Shown here piece after piece: positions 13,101 through 19,100 of a stretch of DNA of 40,900 nucleotides. Position numbers and translations under genes: made by a program. This DNA is from Limisphaerales bacterium (lineage in GTDB: Bacteria > Verrucomicrobiota > Verrucomicrobiia > Limisphaerales > SIBE01), in assembly GCA_044225505.1 (NCBI GenBank), contig JBGAIN010000064.1, forward strand, positions 1 through 40,900, read 5' to 3'. How positions within the stretch are numbered: position 1 is the stretch's first letter; the number at the start of each line of letters is the position of its first letter. The notes beneath the pieces were generated by a model. It was not told where the DNA came from, searched no databases, and worked only from the letters and a program-made list of their open reading frames with translations.

Positions 13101-16100
13101 TTATGTCATACGGTTCGGCTACGATCTCGTCGGGCGCCAAACCACCAGGCAGATCGAATTGCAATCGGGCGATGTGGGTCCCGGCGCGACTTTGGACACG
13201 ACATGGACTTATACCTATGTCGGACGCCAATTGCGTGTTGACCAAACCGACGCCAACGGGTTCGTCACCAGCACGACGTATGACGGAAACAACCAGCCGG
13301 TGCACATTGTCGATCCGGCAAACGGTACCACGGAAATCGTCTACGATAAGGCCGGCAATGTGGTTTCCCGAACCACGGGTCAAATCACGACTGTCTACAC
13401 CTACGACGCGATGAACCGGGTTCGGACGATGAAAGCCGGTGAGGGCGGGCCGACTACCTATGAGTATGACGAAGTGGGGAACGTGGTTAAGATTACGGAT
13501 CCGCTTGGTCACATTACCTCGACCTCCTACGATGCATTGGGGCGTCGGAGTTCCACGACGGACGCCAATAACCGGACGACGGTTTACACCTATGACGAGG
13601 TCGGAAACGTCCTCAGCATCCGTGACCCGGTGGGTAACGAGACAAGCTACACCTACGACGGCCGGAATCTGTTGCGCACGGATACAAACGCGAGTGGAAC
13701 TCGAACCTTCACCTACGACGGCACCGGTAAGATGGTCGAGTCGACCGACCGTAACGGGCGGGTGCGTCGTTACGAGTATGATCGAGCCGGTCGATTGGTC
13801 CTCGAACAATGGCTGGATACGAACGGTAAAGTGATTCAGGAATTCCAGTCTGACTATGATGTAGAAGGGCGGTTGTTGAGCATCTCCGACGCGAAAACCA
13901 AAGTCGCCTACGCGTATACGGAAGATGCGACCGGGCGATTGACGAGTGAAACGCTGACTGTCAGTGGCTTTGTCACAACTACAACTTACAATCCAGACAA
14001 ACTAGGGCGGCCACGGAGCGTGGCGTTAACGAGCGGCACGGGGCCGGCCCTGCTGGAGAATACCTATACTTACGACACGCTCAGCGATCGGCTCAACAAG
14101 ATCGAGCAGAGTGGAAGTTTCGCGACCGCCAAATCGGTGACCTTCACTTACCAGTCCGGTGTGAACCTGCTGCAGTCAATGACACGCTCGGCGGGGGTAG
14201 GGGGCACTCTGCAAAACGTGGTTACTACCAACTACACGACGGACGCTCGGGGATTAATCACCCGCATGGCACACATCCTCGCATCGGGATCGACGGTTGC
14301 TTCCTACGATTTGGTCTACGGATCGAGCGGCTTGCTTTCGACGAGCACTTCGCTCTCCGATCGTGAGGCCTTCAGTTACGACGCCGCGAATCAGCTCACA
14401 GCGGTGCAGCACAGCGACTCAGCCCTGCCAGCGGAAACCTACACTTATGACGCTGCCGGTAATCGGATCGCATCTCATCGCCAGCCGTCCTTGGCGATCG
14501 GGGCGGACAATCAAGTGGAGCAGGCTGCCAGTGCCAGTTATAACTACGATAGCGAAGGAAATTTGGTCCGCCACGCGGATCTCACGGCGCAGCGAATCTA
14601 CCAGTACACTTGGGACTATCGAAATCGCCTGACCAGCGTGTCAGTTACGGATCTCTCTGGCAATATCATCACCGTTTTGAATTATTTCTACGACGGCACG
14701 GACCGCCGCGTCGCCGTGGAGACACAGCAACGAGTCCCGAGCGCGTCAACGCAGACCCGCTATTACGCGTATGCCGGTCAAGCCGTTCTTATGGAGTTCG
14801 TCGCTCCGACCACGCTCGGGGGGGCGGCAGCCCCAACTCCTGTGATTGCCTATCTGCGTGGACTCGGGGCCGACATGGTGCTAGCGCAGGACGGTGGCAG
14901 CGCCAGCACGGTTTACTGGGATCTGGCGGATCAGCAAGGGACCGTGCGCGATCTGCTATCCAGTGCCGGAATAATCGTTGATCACGCGCGTATCGACGCG
15001 TTTGGAGTAATTCTCAGTCGGACAAATGCAAGTGTTTATCAAGTCAATTACTTCACCGGCCGGGAGTGGGATCAGGAAGCACAGCTTTACCAGTTCCGAG
15101 CTCGGTATTACGACCCGGCCTTGGGGCGATTTATCAGTCAAGATCCGCTTGGCCTTGCGGGTGGAGACACGAACACTTACCGGTTCGCGGGGAACGATCC
15201 TGTCAACGGGACGGATCCTTCCGGCATGCGTGCGCTCAAGCCACACCGCCCAGCCTACACACTGCCAAACTACGATCAGTTTTTTGTCGATGCGGACGCG
15301 GAATCGAACAAAGCGTGGTGGACTTCGTTCATGACGTTTGGTCATGCGCAATACGATGTGCACACGGAGAAGGCTTCCGACGGGAGTTTTGTATTAAAAG
15401 GAGAGACGACCAATGTCGATCCCAGCAAATGGGGATTGGCCGGCCAGTTTGCGCAAGGCGCCTATAATATCTTTGCCGCTTACACTGGCCTGGCTGCTTT
15501 CCATCAGAATGGCGTGGACGAAGTGGCAAACCTGGGGCTGTTCTTTTATGGACTCGGCCGAGGACTGTATAATGTCGGCAAAGAGTTTTGGAACATTGGG
15601 GTGGACGTCTTCAACCTCGGGAAGGGCGCGTTAACTGGCAAGAATGATGCCTTTACGAGCGGATTGTTCAAGATGACGGAGGAGATGAGCTTTAGTCGGC
15701 CCTTGAGCATCCTTTGGGCAGCGGGCGGCATGATTGCGGCACCCTTTGTTGGTGCGACGAATCTGATCAAGGCCATTGCTGCCGGTGATCCTGGCAAAGC
15801 GGGAGAGGAGCTAGCGGGAGTGTTGCCGATTCCGGACAGCTTCGCGCTCTCGTTCAGCGGTAAAAGCATATTGAAGAGTTTTGGCATGAACCTAATTCCA
15901 CCATTATCCGACATCGCATTTGCCGGATTATGGAATGCTGGAAAGTCGATTTACACCAAGGGTTTGAGCGGGGGACTCTCTGATTTGGCTGCGGCGGGCC
16001 GAAAATGGGCTGGGGAAAGCATGAAGAACCCCTTCAGCACATTCAAGCGCTGGCGTGATAATGTGGCCGCGTTTCCAGCGTATTTCCGCAGCGCCATCAA

Positions 16101-19100
16101 GAATGATGCCTTGGGAGATGCCGCAAAGATCGAGCAACTCCGCACTGAAATTCAAGCGAGCAAAGAGAGACTCCGTGAAGAGATCGACTCCGCTTGGAAC
16201 GCCAAATTTGAAGAGGCACTCGCGCAAAAACAGAAGCTTCGACCTAACGCCACGCCGGACCAATACCAAAAGCTTTACAAGCAAGCGATGGCGGAAGCGG
16301 ACGAGGCCGTCAAGACGTTAGAAGCGGAGCGTCGCCAAACGGTTTTCGCGGAAAAGTTTGAGACGCGGATTTATCAGGATGCCTATCAATCCGGCCGAAA
16401 GGAGCATTTGGAAAAGATCAAGAAAACCGATCCGTCACTATTGATGGACGAGATTGGATTGAGCTCTGCGTTGTCGGCGGCGGGCGAAGCCGCTGGAAAC
16501 AAGGCGGTTAATAAGTATAAGGAAAATCTGCAGTTGATGGACAACACGGAAGCGCTGCTCCAAGCGGCTCCCACGTTCCGAGACAATCCGCACCTCTTTT
16601 TCCAAGGCCAGAGGAAGATCTACGCCTTAGACAAAAAGTTTGCGGCGGGGATTGGGGACTTTGAAGCGCTCAGCTCGATTGGCGCACATCCTTCAATCTT
16701 GGAGGGTTTTCGAAAGGGAGATCCTCAAGCGGTGGCTTTGGCTTACCTGCTTCGCGAAGCGAAAGACTGGCCGCCGCTTCGGATTCGTGCTTTGGACCTC
16801 ATCCAGAATGAGCAGCGCACTCTCGCTGATTTCACAAAGATGGGCCTGGTGGAGCGCGATGTATTCCGCGGGTTGGAGAAAGCGAGTGGCACTCTGCAAA
16901 AGGGTGAAGTGCTCGGAGTTGTCGGCAGCTTCTCCACCGATCCTTTGACTTTCGCTCATCGACACATGTTGATGAGCCTGGCACGCGACGGGCATCTGGA
17001 TGTCTGGACGCTCATGGCTGCGTATGGGCGCGGCGGCGAGGCCACCGTCATGGGCCGCATCATTCCCGATTTCGGCAAGCGGGGTGGGCCGTTCTCGGAG
17101 GCAGGCGATTTTGACTTCTTCGTTTATACGAAGGAAGGCGCGGCGGATCTGCCAGGGCACGAGGCTCGCAAGGTGACCGATTTAAACACCGACGAGTGGG
17201 CTCAACAAACCTTGAAGAACTTTGGGTTGGGCGAACAAGGCGTGAACGGCGTCGCCAAGGGGGTGTTGCCCGAGAGCGTCAGCGGGTTGCCTGCGGATTT
17301 TGACTACGCCAAGTACGAGAACAACTCCATGCGAGGGTTTGGTACTTCCTACCGCGGGAGCATCCTTTTTTCGGAAGGCAAGTACGTCGGCCGGAATCAG
17401 TCGCTGATCTATGGCGCCGGTGGCGCGCTCGTGCGCGATTTCGGATTCTTGTTCAGCACCGCCGAGACGTTACAGCGCGAAGCCTCCCAAATCGTCAACG
17501 TCGCCAACCTGGCACGAATTGGAGATTACTTTTTCGGACAAGCTGCCACGCGTTTTGCCTTTTACAATGACTTGGCCCAGCGCGGTCTGACGACCAACGA
17601 ATTGCTCGGGCTCCGAGCGGTCAATGCTGGAGCCTCCTTTGGTGATGTGTTCGTCATGCGAACCAACTCGCCAAGTGTTCCGACTCCGGTGTTTATCCCT
17701 GGTGCGGGGGCCCTCGATGTCAACCCTGACAATGTACGGAATCCTTTCTATGGAGGGTACCTCGGCACGAAGTCCGGTGACACCTCAGGAGGTGTTGGTA
17801 ATGTCAATCGCCCCAAAGATCCGTTTTACGGGCCGTTGTTACCAGGAATGACGCCACTCCTGACTGAAATCGACGGATTCAGCGTTGTGCCGGCGTACTT
17901 ATTGGCCGGACAAGATTCGAGTCTTATACCATCGTGGAATCGCATCGTGCAGGCCGCTGCTCAGGCTTGGTCTAGTATGTTGGGCACAAGGCTCAACCTC
18001 GAACTGCAACTGCGGCTCGGAGATCTGAGTGATGGGACCCTAGCGACGGCTCAAGTGTTGCAGTTGGGCTTAAACGGATTGCCTACGGTCGGATTGATCA
18101 CGATTGATTCCTCCGCCGACGGGCACGGTTGGTATATGGACTTCGGAACGTCGTTTGATGCCGCGGCTGCGAGTGACCATTATGACTTGTTCACGACGGT
18201 CGCCCATGAAATGGGTCACCTCCTTGGACTGACCAGTTCGTTCAGCGGCTTTGCTTCCTTGATTAGACGGTCTCCCGATGGCGCCGCGTGGCTGGTGAGT
18301 GAGACGGTGAGTGCTCCCCTCGCTGGAGACGGGGAGCACGTGAGCTCTTTGGTGTTTCGGGGGGATCTGATGACTTCCACCGTAAGCCTTGGCGAACGGC
18401 GATCGCCTTCCGTGCTCGACGCGCTTTTGCTTCGGGCCGCGTGGCGGGCAGCGGATTCAGTCGAGTCCATACAACCTGGCAGCCGCTCGTTTCAACTGGC
18501 TGCCGGAGAGATTGGATTTACGGTCTTGGCGGAGACATTGGCTAATGACCTGGCGATTCCGCGGTCGGGCGTCGGCAACGGCGACTTTGCCGTCGGAGAC
18601 CCTAGCAACGCCGCCTTTGCGTGGCACATTTTTGGATCCGGGAACACCCAGTCGGGCTCCGCCGTGATGAATGAAGGCAATTCCCTTTTTAGCAATTTCT
18701 CGCAGACATTTGTGATTCCGGCGGGCGCAACGTCGCTTCAGTTCACGATCCTTTCGGCGCAATTCGGCGCCAATGGCGCTGCGCCAGTGGATGCGTTCGA
18801 AGCCGCGTTACTCAACGCAAGCACAGGCAACCCGTTGGCAGGGTCTCTCAACCTGACTGCCACGGATGCGCTCCTCAATTGGCAAGGCACTGGGCAGATC
18901 CGCTTCGCATCCACGGTGACCGTAGGAGGGGTGGCCGCTTCTGGGGGCAGTTTAGCCAAAGCGGACGCCACGCTAGTGACCATCGACTTGACTGGAGTGG
19001 TCCCTGGGACGGTGGCCACTCTTTACTTCGATTTAATCTCATTTGGACCGGCGACGAGTTCAGTGGCGATTGATGACGTCCATTTGTTACAGAACGCCCC

